64,000 nt of DNA, from NCBI GenBank assembly GCA_963823665.1, contig CAWGMQ010000007.1:352001-416000 (forward strand), written 5' to 3'. This DNA comes from an uncultured Planctomycetota bacterium. Lineage in GTDB: Bacteria > Planctomycetota > Planctomycetia > Isosphaerales > Isosphaeraceae. This document shows, in pieces, positions 20,177 through 31,428 of this stretch; position 1 is the stretch's first letter, and the number at the start of each line of letters is the position of its first letter. The notes beneath the pieces are model-generated. The model ran no database searches. It saw only the letters and a list, made by a program, of their open reading frames with translations, and was not told where the DNA came from. A program made the position numbers and the translations under genes.

Positions 20177-20779
20177 GTGGAAAGTCTGAATAAGTCAGAC
20201 TTTCCAAGCCATGGAGCCGAAATAATGCACTTGGATGACGCGATCAACCTTTCCGACTTCCACTCCGCCGTGGATGACCCGCGCCTTCGTCGCGATCCCT
20301 ACGCCCTGACTGAGCTCTCGCGAGAGCTCGAGGAATTCGCCCGTCTGGCCGAAGAAGCTCAGATCAGCGCAAACTTTATCCGTCGTATCCGTTCGGCCGT
20401 ATATGATGGCTTTAGACGCCTCGACAATCTACCCAGGGATGACCCCTTTTGGGAGGGAACCAACCGCCGGCCCACGTTTTACAAGCTCCCCAGATTCTGT
20501 GCGAAGTTACTCGAAATGGACCACCGCGACTCCTCCGCTTTATGGACCAGAGCGGCGTGCGATTTGTTGAGTTGGCAGAATTCCGATCCCAAGCTCTGGC
20601 GTCAGCTTGTTAAGGTCGATGGCCTGGACGCCTCTTGGCCGATTCACGCGGCGCTATTCGGACATGTCTATTGGGCGTCGGATAATGTGGGTGACTTGGA
20701 GTCTCTGCTCGGCGACGCTGGGTTGTGTGACTCGGCCCAGACAGCACTGGAGTGGCTTCGTCAGCCGGATCAGCAATGA
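20177..20779 (+). CDS. Hypothetical protein
   Basis: 200-aa ORF with globular-protein composition and no recognised motif; true start may be ATG 20225. Confidence 0.5.
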   Translation: MESLNKSDFPSHGAEIMHLDDAINLSDFHSAVDDPRLRRDPYALTELSRELEEFARLAEEAQISANFIRRIRSAVYDGFRRLDNLPRDDPFWEGTNRRPTFYKLPRFCAKLLEMDHRDSSALWTRAACDLLSWQNSDPKLWRQLVKVDGLDASWPIHAALFGHVYWASDNVGDLESLLGDAGLCDSAQTALEWLRQPDQQ

Positions 20780-20965
20780 ATCAGGAAATGGGCTATAAGG
20801 GTCGCCAATAGGGTGCCAGATCAGCGTATGGCCTGATCCTTAAACTGCCTGCTGAGGCGTGTGCGTTTTCTGATGCAGAAGCCGCGCTACTGAATCGCTG
20901 TCGGCTTAGCCCCGCTACGATCGCAAGCCCTTCGTGGGCTGACGCGGCATGATCACAAAAGCGCT

Positions 20966-23842
20966 TCACCCATGCGGCTTCTCGATCAAGACGTCGCCCA
21001 GGTCTAGCTCCTCGCCGGGCTTGACGGTGAAGTCCTTGCGGGCCTGGACACCCTTGTCGGGCACATCCGTGGTCGATGGGTCGATGATCCGATAAAGGGC
21101 GCCTGGAATGAGGTTGGGCAGAGTGAGGCGGCCATCGCTGTCGGCCGGCGGGAAATTCAGGTAGTGACGCTGATCCATGTTCACCATGTCGCCCGCGTCG
21201 GCCGCCAGCTTGCCGCGGTCTTCCTTCCGGCGAGAGTTCCGCGGTGGCCCGGGAGTGATGATCAGCTCGAAGTTGAATCCGAGTTCATACCCGGCAATCG
21301 GCCGGCCGTCAGGTCCGACGAATCTCGCTCGGGCGCGGCCGTTGGGCTTGAGCTCGATCAGCAGGTCCTCGCCTGCCTGCTTACCGGAGAGGTCGACCGT
21401 CGTTCCCCACTCATTGATGGCGTCGAAGAACATCACGTGCACCGTTTGTTCGGGATCAAGGCCGTGGAGCTCGAATCGTCCGTCGCGGGCAAAGATCGAA
21501 GGGGCGTTCCTCGCGGTCGGGTGAGCATCCTCGACCTCGAGCCGTGAGATGATCGCGGCCGACTCGACCGGCTGCCCGTCAGGGGCAACCACGCGGCCTC
21601 GTACCGTTTTGCCCGGCCGCAGCTCAGCGACGAGCTCCGGCGGCGAGTCTTCGATCTTGACGTCATACGTGATGATGTCGTGCGCATAGTATCGGTCGCC
21701 GCCGCGACGGCCGTACCAGAGCTCCGCCCGTCCAATCTCCTCAAGGACATAGTCCGGCGTGGGGCCGAAGACGAGCAGGTGCCCCTTCCCGGGCGGCACG
21801 GCGATCTGGAACGAGCCGTCGCTCTTGCTGTCAACGATGGCCTGCCAGCCGCTGATGATGTCGTCCGTGCGGGGGTTGGCGTGGAACTGCACGCTGGCGC
21901 CGGCCAGTGGCCGTCCAGTTCCATGCTCGACCACCTTGCCACGCAGCAAAACACCGCGCGGCAGCTTGATATCCATCGTCGTCTTGACAGCCCCCTTGTT
22001 CCACTCGAATCGACGGTCGGGGCTCAAGTACGGCTGGCCTTCGGGAGGATGCGCGCTGATGCTGTAATATTGGCCGGGCGATACGCTGGCCGTGAATCGG
22101 CCCGTTTGATCAGCCGGAAACCGATGGCCCCCACCGCCCCAGAACGGGTTGATGCTCGAGCCGACGCTGACGATCGCATGGGGAATCGGCGCGCCTGTGT
22201 CGGCCGCCAGCGCGCGGCCCTCGACGATCGTTGGGGGTTGGAGAACATGTCGGAGGTCCTTCAAGCGATCCGGATCAGTCGTGTCAACCTGGATCGTCTG
22301 GCCGGCGAACCGCTGGTCGCGGATATCGAGGTAAACCGTCATGTCGCGGCCGATTCCCGCGAGTGTGAAGCGGCCGTCGCTGCCGGTTTTGACCGCGCGC
22401 GGCCAGTTGTGAATCTCCTCGCCCGGGAAGGCGCCCATCCAATCGTCGCCGCGGCTCGGGTCGTGGCGCGTGAGGCTTTTGACGATCAACTCGACGTCGG
22501 CGGCCGGCGCGCCGTTCCAGTCGATGAGCTTGCCGTGGATGGGCACCTCGGCTCGCAATCGGATCTCGCCCGTGGGTTTGTCTGCGTCCGGATTGGGCCC
22601 GGCCCAAGCGAGGCCGTAGCCCGGCGCCGCGGCCACGGCCTGGACTTGAAGGAATCCGACCCGCGAAGTGCGCGCGGCATCGAAGCGGAACCGGCCGTCT
22701 GCGCCGGTCGTGCCGCGGCCGAGCAATGCGTACGGCGCGCGCCACTCGTTGCGTGCAACCGCCGGGCCGCGCCGCCGGCCCACGAGCTCGACCGGAACGC
22801 CGGCCATGGGCTTGCCGGCCGGATCGAGCACGCTGCCAGTCGTGGTCATCCGGCCGGGAGCGGGAGCCGGATGATCGGGCCTGTCTCGCGATGGCGACTG
22901 TTGCTCGATCGGCGTGATCACGGCCACTTTCCGCGCTGCGGGCGAGTGATTCCGGTGCACCGCACCGGTGGCGAAGGCGCCGAGAAGCAGCACCGAGAGC
23001 GCAGTGATGACCAGTTTATTCGCGAGCATGGATTTCAGTACGTCGTGCGCGAGGATTGCCACCGACGGCGCGACGGCCTGTCCGGCCGCGAAGCGAATCG
23101 CGGCTTTTGTGGTTGCATCGCACAGCGCCGGGGACACGGAAGCTCCGGCTGATCTTGCACTGAGAGCCGTGGCCATCGAGGCGGCCGGCAGCACCACGCC
23201 GCGGCGGGTGAGCCCCCGGCGCAGCTTTTCACGGGCACGGGACAGCCGGCTGCGGACGGTCCCGGCCGGCCATTGCAAGCGCCGGGCCGCCTCGTCGAGG
23301 GTGAGGTCTTCGAAGTAGCAGAGCACGACGGGTAGACGGAATGATTTTGGGAGACGGTCGATCTCGTCGTGCAGCGCGAGGGCGTCTTCGCGGGCGATCG
23401 CTGAATCCTCAGCCGATCTGATCGTCGGAACGACGAGAACGCGGGACTCCAAGCTTGGGCCGATCATCGAGTCGCTCTCCTCAATTCGGCGCAGGCGAGC
23501 GAGCCGGGCGTGGGCCTTTCGCGCCGTGCGGATCGCCACGCCGTAGAGCCAGGCGCCAAGGAGATCAGGGTAACGAAGGGAGATCGCTTTGCGGGCGAGC
23601 ACGAAGAAGACGGCCTGGAAGGCGTCTTCGGCGTGGTCGCGGTCTCCCAGAATCTGCCGGCAGACACGCAGGACCATCGGCCCGTGCCGGGCGACGAGCG
23701 CAGCGAACGCCGATTCGCGCATCGAGTCTCGCCGGTTATTGAACCGCTCCAACAATTGCCCGTCGGAGAGGCCGGCAATCGAGCCGCCCTCGAAGAGCGA
23801 CTCGATCTGCCGGATGATCGACCCCGTTTCCGCTCGCGTCAT
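20966..23842 (-). CDS. ECF sigma-70 factor with TM helix and repeated carboxypeptidase-regulatory-like beta-sandwich domains
   Basis: LSDGQLLERF..AFAALVARHGPMVLRVCRQIL..AEDAFQA; EAARRLQWPAGTVRSRL; TM segment; repeated G.V.D..G.P..G..V / T..DGRF units. Confidence 0.92.
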   Translation of the reverse strand: MTRAETGSIIRQIESLFEGGSIAGLSDGQLLERFNNRRDSMRESAFAALVARHGPMVLRVCRQILGDRDHAEDAFQAVFFVLARKAISLRYPDLLGAWLYGVAIRTARKAHARLARLRRIEESDSMIGPSLESRVLVVPTIRSAEDSAIAREDALALHDEIDRLPKSFRLPVVLCYFEDLTLDEAARRLQWPAGTVRSRLSRAREKLRRGLTRRGVVLPAASMATALSARSAGASVSPALCDATTKAAIRFAAGQAVAPSVAILAHDVLKSMLANKLVITALSVLLLGAFATGAVHRNHSPAARKVAVITPIEQQSPSRDRPDHPAPAPGRMTTTGSVLDPAGKPMAGVPVELVGRRRGPAVARNEWRAPYALLGRGTTGADGRFRFDAARTSRVGFLQVQAVAAAPGYGLAWAGPNPDADKPTGEIRLRAEVPIHGKLIDWNGAPAADVELIVKSLTRHDPSRGDDWMGAFPGEEIHNWPRAVKTGSDGRFTLAGIGRDMTVYLDIRDQRFAGQTIQVDTTDPDRLKDLRHVLQPPTIVEGRALAADTGAPIPHAIVSVGSSINPFWGGGGHRFPADQTGRFTASVSPGQYYSISAHPPEGQPYLSPDRRFEWNKGAVKTTMDIKLPRGVLLRGKVVEHGTGRPLAGASVQFHANPRTDDIISGWQAIVDSKSDGSFQIAVPPGKGHLLVFGPTPDYVLEEIGRAELWYGRRGGDRYYAHDIITYDVKIEDSPPELVAELRPGKTVRGRVVAPDGQPVESAAIISRLEVEDAHPTARNAPSIFARDGRFELHGLDPEQTVHVMFFDAINEWGTTVDLSGKQAGEDLLIELKPNGRARARFVGPDGRPIAGYELGFNFELIITPGPPRNSRRKEDRGKLAADAGDMVNMDQRHYLNFPPADSDGRLTLPNLIPGALYRIIDPSTTDVPDKGVQARKDFTVKPGEELDLGDVLIEKPHG

Positions 23843-23955
23843 GCCGATGGGCTCCGCTGGAGCAATCTTGGTTTTCGCCCAGTCCCTCAACAGGTACTGC
23901 CCGGCCGCCGTTCATTTTATCCCCTGTTGGCTTTTTATGTTGAACTCTGTCCGTC

Positions 23956-24873
23956 ATGCCGAAGCGATGGCTCGTGCGCACGCTACAGATCGGCGATAAT
24001 CCAAACTCCGAACACCCTGGACACGTCAACGTGAGCGGGACGATGGATCACGGCGAACAACCGATCCCGACAGGTACCTGGATTCAGATGAATCTTCCCG
24101 GGTTCCCGACCTTCATCGGGTTTACGTATGTCGACGCGGAAGCAGGGCTATCGGCGAAAGGAGGGCCTCGAGACGATTCGAACTTGGCGGAAATGCCGAG
24201 TATGACCGTTCGATTGCCAATGCCGGGCGTAGCGTCGAAAGCCCTGTCCCCGGAGGAGGTCGAGGGTCTTCGTCTACCCAAAATGCCCACGTGGGTGGAA
24301 GAGTTTTATGGTCCGCAGCCCAAACCTGGCACTGAGTGGGGAGTGTGGCGTCGGCATCCCAGCCTCCGCGGGCGGTTTCACCTGGAATCTCCGGACGACT
24401 TGCAGGTCGTCGTGCATGACGGCGGCCCGCGCATGTCAGAACACCCGCCCGAGCTGGTCTGGGTTCGAGTAACCGGCGTGGTCGGCGAAGTGTTCTACAG
24501 CCGGTTGTTGAACCAGCCGCATAACCTGAAGTCCGTGCGTCTGGGAGACACGATTCAATTCCTCGTGCCCACCGGCGGCAAGCATCCCTTGATGGTAACG
24601 GAGAAGTATCTTCGGGAACGCGCGAATTGGGTCGTGCACCCGTGCCGCAAATGCGGGCTATCCGAGTTATTCGATGCCCCTTCCGATCTGATCAGCAAGA
24701 TTTTCCCGGACATTCCCGCCGATGCGAAGCTGGGCACGTTCACGACATTTTGTCCGCTCTGTGGCGGAGTTCAGGGAGCAGAGCTGCACGGCTTTGGCCG
24801 CGAAGACGGAGCGCCCACGCCCACGCGCGAGCCGGAGACGTCAGAGAAAAAGTGGTGGCAGTTCTGGAAGTGA
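23956..24873 (+). CDS. Hypothetical protein with DUF2314-like domain, CxxC/CxxC zinc ribbon and KKWWQFWK tail
   Basis: ELVWVRVTGVVGEVFYSRLLNQPHNLKSVRLGDTIQF; CRKC...CPLC; start may be ATG 24043. Confidence 0.65.
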   Translation: MPKRWLVRTLQIGDNPNSEHPGHVNVSGTMDHGEQPIPTGTWIQMNLPGFPTFIGFTYVDAEAGLSAKGGPRDDSNLAEMPSMTVRLPMPGVASKALSPEEVEGLRLPKMPTWVEEFYGPQPKPGTEWGVWRRHPSLRGRFHLESPDDLQVVVHDGGPRMSEHPPELVWVRVTGVVGEVFYSRLLNQPHNLKSVRLGDTIQFLVPTGGKHPLMVTEKYLRERANWVVHPCRKCGLSELFDAPSDLISKIFPDIPADAKLGTFTTFCPLCGGVQGAELHGFGREDGAPTPTREPETSEKKWWQFWK

Positions 24874-25030
24874 GATCGAGTGTTGTTTGGATCCCGTGCA
24901 TTCCCATCTTTGCGCAAACTCAGTAGAATCGCCTCCGGATTCGCGTGACCCTAGCTCGGAGCCGAAACCAGATCACGCGAGCAATGCAGAAGGCACGACG
25001 CTCGCAGTTCGATCGGGAGAAGGAGTTCCC

Positions 25031-27357
25031 ATGCACTCGACTCGCACCGGACGCCGTTTCGCCCCTTCGCATCGTTTCCCTTCCGCGCTCTGCGGCCTGA
25101 TCGCGATCGTTTGTTTGGCGATCGGGCCTGCGGCATCGGCGCAACTGCCGTCGCCCCACCGCTCCATTCCTGCGAAGGGACTTGTGGCGTATCTTGAATT
25201 CGATGGCTTGCGGGATCATGCCGAAGCCTGGAAGAAGACCGCGGCTTTCGCGCTACTTGCCGACACGCCCGCTGGCTCGATGATCTCCGAAGTGGCTCGA
25301 CAGGTTCTCGACGAGCTTTTGAAATTGAACGCTGGCGGCAAGCTGACTGGTGCCGATCTGCTCGCGCTCCACGAGCACCTCATGCAGCACGGCGTCGTGA
25401 TTGCCCTTCATGAATGCGGCAACGAGTCGTATTCAACGACGATCATTCTGAAAAACGCCCGCGACGGGGCCATTCGCAAGCCCCTTGATCGCCTGGCGGA
25501 ATGGATCCTGAGCGGTCAGGCAGGCAACAAGCGACCAACCGCCATCAAGCTGCGAGGCCGCGACGTGTACGGGCGGCTTCCCAAAGCGCCTCAACGCGAC
25601 CGTGACGGATTTCCCGCGCTCGGCCGCGGGGAAGCAGAGTCAGCGCCCGTTCTCAATTGCCAGTCAGCGTGGTACGAAGGCGGCGATCTGGTGCTGATCA
25701 TAGGTCCGGACGCCGTCTGGGCTGATCTGATCGATGCCGATAAGGAAAAGGAGCTCGGCTCGGCGCATCTGAAGCACAGGGCAGCCGTCCTCGATACGAT
25801 CGAAGGGAAGCAGCCAAACGTCACGACCCATGCCGCGTTTATTTCTACCCTTGCAGAAGGAAAGGATGTCAAAGGGTTCGAGCCCGACGGGCTGTTCTTC
25901 GCAGATGCGGGCACCGCGGTGCGATTGTTGGCGGAAGATTCCGAGCAGTCATATCTACGTCGGTCGGAACGGATGAGAGCAGAGATCGCAGCGGTGTACG
26001 CGAAGCGTGAACCTCAAAGAAGTGTGCCTGCTCCGAGCCTCGACGGGCTCGTGCCGTCGCAGCCCGCGCCGTTCGCACCCGGCAATGTCCCGAGCATCGA
26101 TCGCCCCGCGCCGCCGCAAGCCGCGCCGGTCGCGCCCGCCGATACACCGAGCAATCCACTCGCCGATCTTGGACTGAGCGGTGTCAATCGCATCGCCGGC
26201 CGCTGGGGCGTGCAGGGTAAGGCGCTTTTCACAGTCTTGCGGATCGACGCACCCTCGCCGCGCAAGGGGTTTGTCCGCATCATCGACCAGCCACTGTTCG
26301 TCAAGGACCAGCTCCCGCCCATCCCACGCGACTCGACAACGTTTGCCGTTGCGTCGGTGGATGCGGCGCGCGCCTACGAGACACTCGTGAGCGGGCTCAA
26401 GACACGGAACCCCGAGCTCCTCGAGCAGTTCACTCAGCTCGAAAAGTCAGTCGAGCGGACCGCCGGTCTCAAGCTCCGCGAAGATCTGCTGAAACGACTG
26501 GGTCCAACGTGGACGTTGTTCCGAATAACTCCGGCGCAAGGCCAGAACGCGGCGGAAAAGCCCGAGTTCAACCCGACTGACTATGCCCTTCTCGCCCGGG
26601 TCGATGATCCGGCGGCCTTTGACAAAGTGCTCGATGGCGTCGCTGCGCGTATCAGTCAGTACTTCCGAGAAGCGTACAAGGTGCCCGGCGGCCAGGAGGA
26701 TGATCCCCCGATCCTGGCGCTCGAGCGCCTGCCCGCCCCGGATCGCGGATTTCAATTGACCTCGCCCTCAAAGCTGGTGACGTGGTTGAGCGAAGACCGG
26801 CCCACCATCTTGGTGGGCAAGGCGTTTGTGAGCTGCGCTCTGGGCCTGGAACCGGCGCGACAGGCTCTCGCTGGCGAATCAAAGTTGGAGCTAGCTTGGA
26901 AGCCGCAAGGCGAGCTCCGCGAAGCCGTCGAGTGCTTGCCGGAACGGCTGATGTTTCTGGCCGTCGTCGATGATCGCGATTCGCCCTTGCCCGAGCAAAT
27001 CGCCGGCCTTCCTGCGCTGCGCAGCGGCTTGCATCGATCGCCGGACTGGAGATGCAACCCGACGGCACGTCGGCCTCGTCGGTGCTCTCCATCCTGGGAA
27101 TTCCGCGCCCAGGTGCGTTCTGCGTGCGGTTGCATCCCTCAAAACTGCCGACGGCCGAGCAACTACGCCCGCACCTCTTTCCCAGCGTGGTCGCCGCCAC
27201 GGTCGATGACCGCGGACTGCGCGTGTTCACGCGCGAGGCGCTTCCCTTTGTGGGCCTGGGAGATGCGACGAGTTTGAAATCGACCATCTCCTGGGACGGT
27301 AGCAAAGGCTTCAAACGAACCGTCAAGTTCTCGTTCAATCTCGGTTTGACGAAGTAA
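25031..27357 (+). CDS. Secreted hypothetical protein (DUF3352-like planctomycete family); frameshift near 27020-27050
   Basis: AGGAG RBS; signal peptide; LVAYLEFDGL.DHAEAWKKTAA; GRWG.QGKAL..LRIDAPSPRKG; C-terminus in ORF 27052..27357. Confidence 0.7.
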
Positions 27358-27392
27358 CCGCGCGGTGGCAATCCACGACGACGCTCATTGTC

Positions 27393-27421
27393 GCCCCTCG
27401 CTCCGCGAGGGGGCATTTTTT
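27393..27421 (+). terminator. Rho-independent terminator-like hairpin
   Basis: GCCCCTCGC-TCC-GCGAGGGGGC followed by ATTTTTT, about 35 bp after stop 27357. Confidence 0.65.
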
Positions 27422-27558
27422 CCGCAATCGCCGAAGACCGCCTGTAATGCATCCCCGCACCGCCCAAAGGGCGCCTGGACGCACCACCCCTCTTGGGTTA
27501 GACTTTGCCGTAGAGCGATTGTTGATTAAAAGTTGAACAATTGCGGCTCGGGGGCGGA

Positions 27559-28966
27559 ATGGCAAAAGGCGATCGCGCTCGAACACCTTCGTCGTGCTTG
27601 CAATTCCGGCGGTCGGGAATCTCCCGGCGCACGACGCTACGGGCCGGTGCGATCGGGCTTGCAGGTCTGGGTTTGCCGGGTCTGTTGCGGGCGCGCGAGG
27701 TAGCACGAGGGTCTGGCACCGCGGGGTTTGGTCGAGCCCGTTCGTGCATCATGATCTTCATGTGGGGCGGCCCGAGCCATCTCGATACCTGGGACCCGAA
27801 GCCAGCAGCGCCCGAGGATATTCGTGGTCCGTTCCGGCCGATATCCACGACGATCCCCGGCATTTCGATCAGCGAGCATTTCCCGATGCTGGCGGCCCAA
27901 GTGCACCGGCTGGCGATCGTGCGTGCGATGAGCCACGACGATGCGGCGCACCTTTCAACCGCGCATCGGGTGCTCACCGGCCATCTTGCCCCGACGCCGT
28001 TTTCGGATGCCGCCGGTCCGTCGCCGCGAGACTGGCCGCATCTCGGCGCGATCGTCTCGCGGCTTCGCCCGACTGGCGGCGCGGTACCGAGCGCCGTCAA
28101 CATGCCGTGGACCGTGATGCATCCTGCGGCGCCCGGCGGCAAGGCGCCGGGGCAGGATGGCGGCTGGCTGGGCAAGGCGTTTGATCCGTTTCACGTCGAT
28201 GGCGACCCTAATGCGGCTGGATTCGAGGTGCAGGGGCTGGGGCTGCCGGTGGGAATCTCGCCGGAACGCTTCACGGGCCGGCGATCACTGTTCGAACGGC
28301 TGGCTGCACTTGCTCGTGGTGCGGAGACGTCGCCGCAATCGTGGGACCGCCATCAGCAGCGTGCGCTCGATGCGCTCGTTTCGTCCGAGGCACGCGGCGC
28401 GTTTGAAATCGCACGTGAGGACCCGAAGCTCCGCGACCGCTATGGCCGCCACATCCATGGGCAGTGCCTCTTGCTCGCCCGCAGGTTGGTCGAGGCCGGT
28501 GTGGGCCTGGTCACCGTGAACTGGCACAACGACGGCAACTTCTTCTGGGATACGCACGGCAATAATTTCAATCAGCTCGAGCACCGCCTGATGCCGCCGG
28601 CGGACCGAGGCTTCGCGGCGTTGCTCGAGGATCTTGATGTTCGTGGGTTGCTCGACGAGACGCTGGTCGTCTGGGTTGGCGAGTTCGGCCGCACGCCGCG
28701 CATCAACCGGGCCAACAGCGGCCGCGAGCACTGGCCGCACTGTTATTCGGCCATCCTGGCCGGAGCCGGGGTGCGCGGAGGCGCCGCTGTATGGCGCATC
28801 GGACCGCTGGGCCGCCTATCCGGCGAGCGACCCGGTCACTCCCGATGATCTGGGAGCGACGATTTTGCACGCGCTGGGCGTGGACCCGGCCACGCACGTT
28901 GCGGACGCCATCGGGCGGCCGCTCTTGATCAACGAAGGAACGCCGCTTGTGCCCTTGTTCGGCTAA
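27559..28966 (+). CDS. DUF1501 family protein (Tat-type leader); frameshift near 28785
   Basis: SRRTTLRAG; IFMWGGPSHLDTWDPKP; WDTH; GEFGRTPRIN..GREHWP; C-terminus in ORF 28634..28966. Confidence 0.92.
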
Positions 28967-29147
28967 GGGAGCCGAGGTCAGTCGACCCTATGGAATTCAT
29001 TGCTCGAATCGGTTCATCGGGACCGCGGCTCGACATTCCGCGAGCGCCCGTTCAAATAGCAAGAGCAGACCTTCGATCTGGTCGTTGCGCACGACGGCAA
29101 GAGACCAGCGACTCGCGAACGGACGTCCGGGAGAGGAACGCAAGTCA

Positions 29148-31134
29148 GTGCCGGTGCGCCGTCTGGTGTTGAGCTATGCGATCGCCGCGTCCGGCGTGGT
29201 GCTGGCCGGGCTCTCGCCCTGGTGGTTGGCTCCGCTTCTGGGTGACACGCCGCCGGTGCGGCTTCTGCTCGTGCTCGTGGTGATGGCCTCGGCGTCGATC
29301 GGCGGGCTGTGGCCGGGGCTATTCGCGACCGTGCTGGGCGTGCTTGCGATCGTCGCGGCGAACGACGCGCCGGGAGATCTGGCAAGTCTGGTGACGAGGA
29401 CCGTTCGATTCGGGTCGCTGGCGCTTCTGCTCACCGGGCTGTTCGCCGGGATTCATGCTCTTCGCCGTCGTGCCCAGTTGAAGGAACAGGATTTGCGCCG
29501 GAGCGAGCGCCGCTATCGGCGCCTGGTCGAGACAGCAGGCGAAGGCATCTGGGTCCTGGAGCCGGACGGTTTGACGAGCTATGCAAACCCGCGCCTGGGC
29601 GAGATGCTCGGCATGTCCCCGGAAGACTTGATCGGCCGGCCCTTGAGCGAGTTTCTCGCGGACAGCGCAGGCGCGCCGGATAGCTGGTCAGAGATCGCCG
29701 CTGGCGCGACGGCTCGAGAGCTTCGAGCTTCGCGCCTGCGACGGCGCGGTGCGGAACGTCGTCGTGACGGCGCGGCAGATCGGGCAGGACGAGCTGCCCG
29801 GGGACGGCTCAAGCGTGACGGAGGGTTTGCCGGGCGGAATTCTGCTGATGGTGACGGACGTCACCGAGCGGAAGCGGGCCGAAGAAGAGCTGCGCAGTGC
29901 CAAGGAAGTGGCCGAGGCGGCGTGCCAGGCCAGGGACCGATTTCTGGCGGTGCTCAGCCACGAGCTGCGCACGCCGCTGACGCCCGTGCTCTTCGGCGTC
30001 TCGTCCCTGCTCGAGTCGAATCCCGGCCCGGAGCTGCGCTCGACGCTGGAAATGATCCGCCGGAACATCGAGCTGGAAGCACGCTTGGTCGACGATTTGC
30101 TCGACCTGTCGCGGTTCAGCCGTGGACGGATGCGGCTGGAATACGAGATCATCGAGGTTCACGAGACCATCAAGCGTGCTATCGAGATTTGCCGCGACGA
30201 GACCTTCCTTGCGGGCCTGGAGGTGGTTACCGAGCTCACCGCGGCCCATCACCATGTGCACGCGGACGATGCGCGGCTGTTGCAGATCTTCTGGAACTTG
30301 ATCAGGAACGCCGTGAAGTTCACGCCCGCCAACGGCCGGCTCACCATCCGCAGCACGAACGTGCGGGCGAGGGTCGGAGATCGGGGGGAGACATCGCCTG
30401 AGCGGATCGCCGTCGAGTTCGCGGATACCGGGATTGGTATCGAGGAAACTGTTCTACCGCGAATCTTCGAGGCTTTTGAGCAGTATCACAACGACCTGCG
30501 CAGCCGGTCGGGCGGACTCGGCTTGGGACTGGCGATCAGCCGTTCGCTCGCCGAGGCCTTCGGTGGGCGGCTGACGGCGTCGAGCCCCGGCCGCGGCCGC
30601 GGCTCGACCTTTCGCCTCGAGCTGGACACCGCGCCGGCTCCGGCGGCGCGGGCACCGGAGCGATCAGCGCCGGTATCAACCGGCTCGCGATCCGATCCGA
30701 TCGGTGTGTCCGGCCTGCGAATCCTGGTGGTCGACGACAACGCCGATACGTTGCGGTACCTCTCGACGGTCCTGAAGCGTCGCGGCCACGAAGTCGTCAC
30801 GGCGGACTGCGTCGCCGCCGCCCGTGCCGCGGTGAACGAGGCGCGGGCGCCGTTCGACCTGCTGCTCTCCGATATCGAACTGCCCGATGGCGACGGAATG
30901 AATTTGATGCGTGAGCTGAGCGCCGGCGGGCGAATTCCCGGCATCGCCGTGAGCGGCTTTGGCGCCGAAGAAGACCGCCGGCTCAGTCGCGAAGCCGGCT
31001 TCGTCGAGCATCTGACCAAGCCCGTGGACATGGGCTCGCTCGACGCCGCCATCAAGCGGGCGATCCAGCGTGCGCGTGCCGAGCATCCGGATGGGGCGCA
31101 ACAGGCCGGTGGCGAGCGGAACGGCTCGGGCTAG
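29148..31134 (+). CDS. Membrane-bound PAS hybrid sensor histidine kinase/response regulator; frameshift near 29720-29750
   Basis: DUF4118-like TM bundle; PAS (YRRLVETAGEGIW..YANP); SHELRTPL; NLIRNAVKFT; DTGIGI; GLGLGLAI; receiver domain LLSDIELPDGDG. Confidence 0.92.
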
Positions 31135-31418
31135 TGCTGCGAAAATCTTCGTTTGGCGAGTCGGCCGCCTGGAGACCGACGGTCGGTGAGGAGGGCGGGG
31201 TCAGGAGACCCGCGCCCAACCAACCACACGGCGACTGAATGCCCGGCGTGCCGCGTTTTGCTCGTCTTCATCTCATGAACAATCGCTGCGAAGCCGGCTG
31301 AGCAAAGAATGATTGACAGCCAGTCGCGGTCCTCGCGCAGGAGTGCGGGGACGACTCCGCAGAGGATGACAAACTTGATCAAGTGCCGGATTGTGAACTG
31401 AAATCTCGCGTTCGCCAT
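31131..31418 (-). CDS. Small membrane hypothetical protein, possibly a remnant
   Basis: MANARFQFTIRHLIKFVILCGVV matches the planctomycete 'RFQFTIRxL' N-terminal motif; the 3' part runs through the REP-like element. Confidence 0.4.
   Translation of the reverse strand: MANARFQFTIRHLIKFVILCGVVPALLREDRDWLSIILCSAGFAAIVHEMKTSKTRHAGHSVAVWLVGRGSPDPALLTDRRSPGGRLAKRRFSQH
31165..31222. repeat. REP-like palindromic intergenic element
   Basis: GGAGACCGACGGTCGG...GGGCGGGGTCAGGAGACCCGCGCCC imperfect stem-loop between convergent genes. Only one copy in the window, so repeat status is inferred. Confidence 0.45.
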
Positions 31419-31428
31419 ATTCGCCGTA

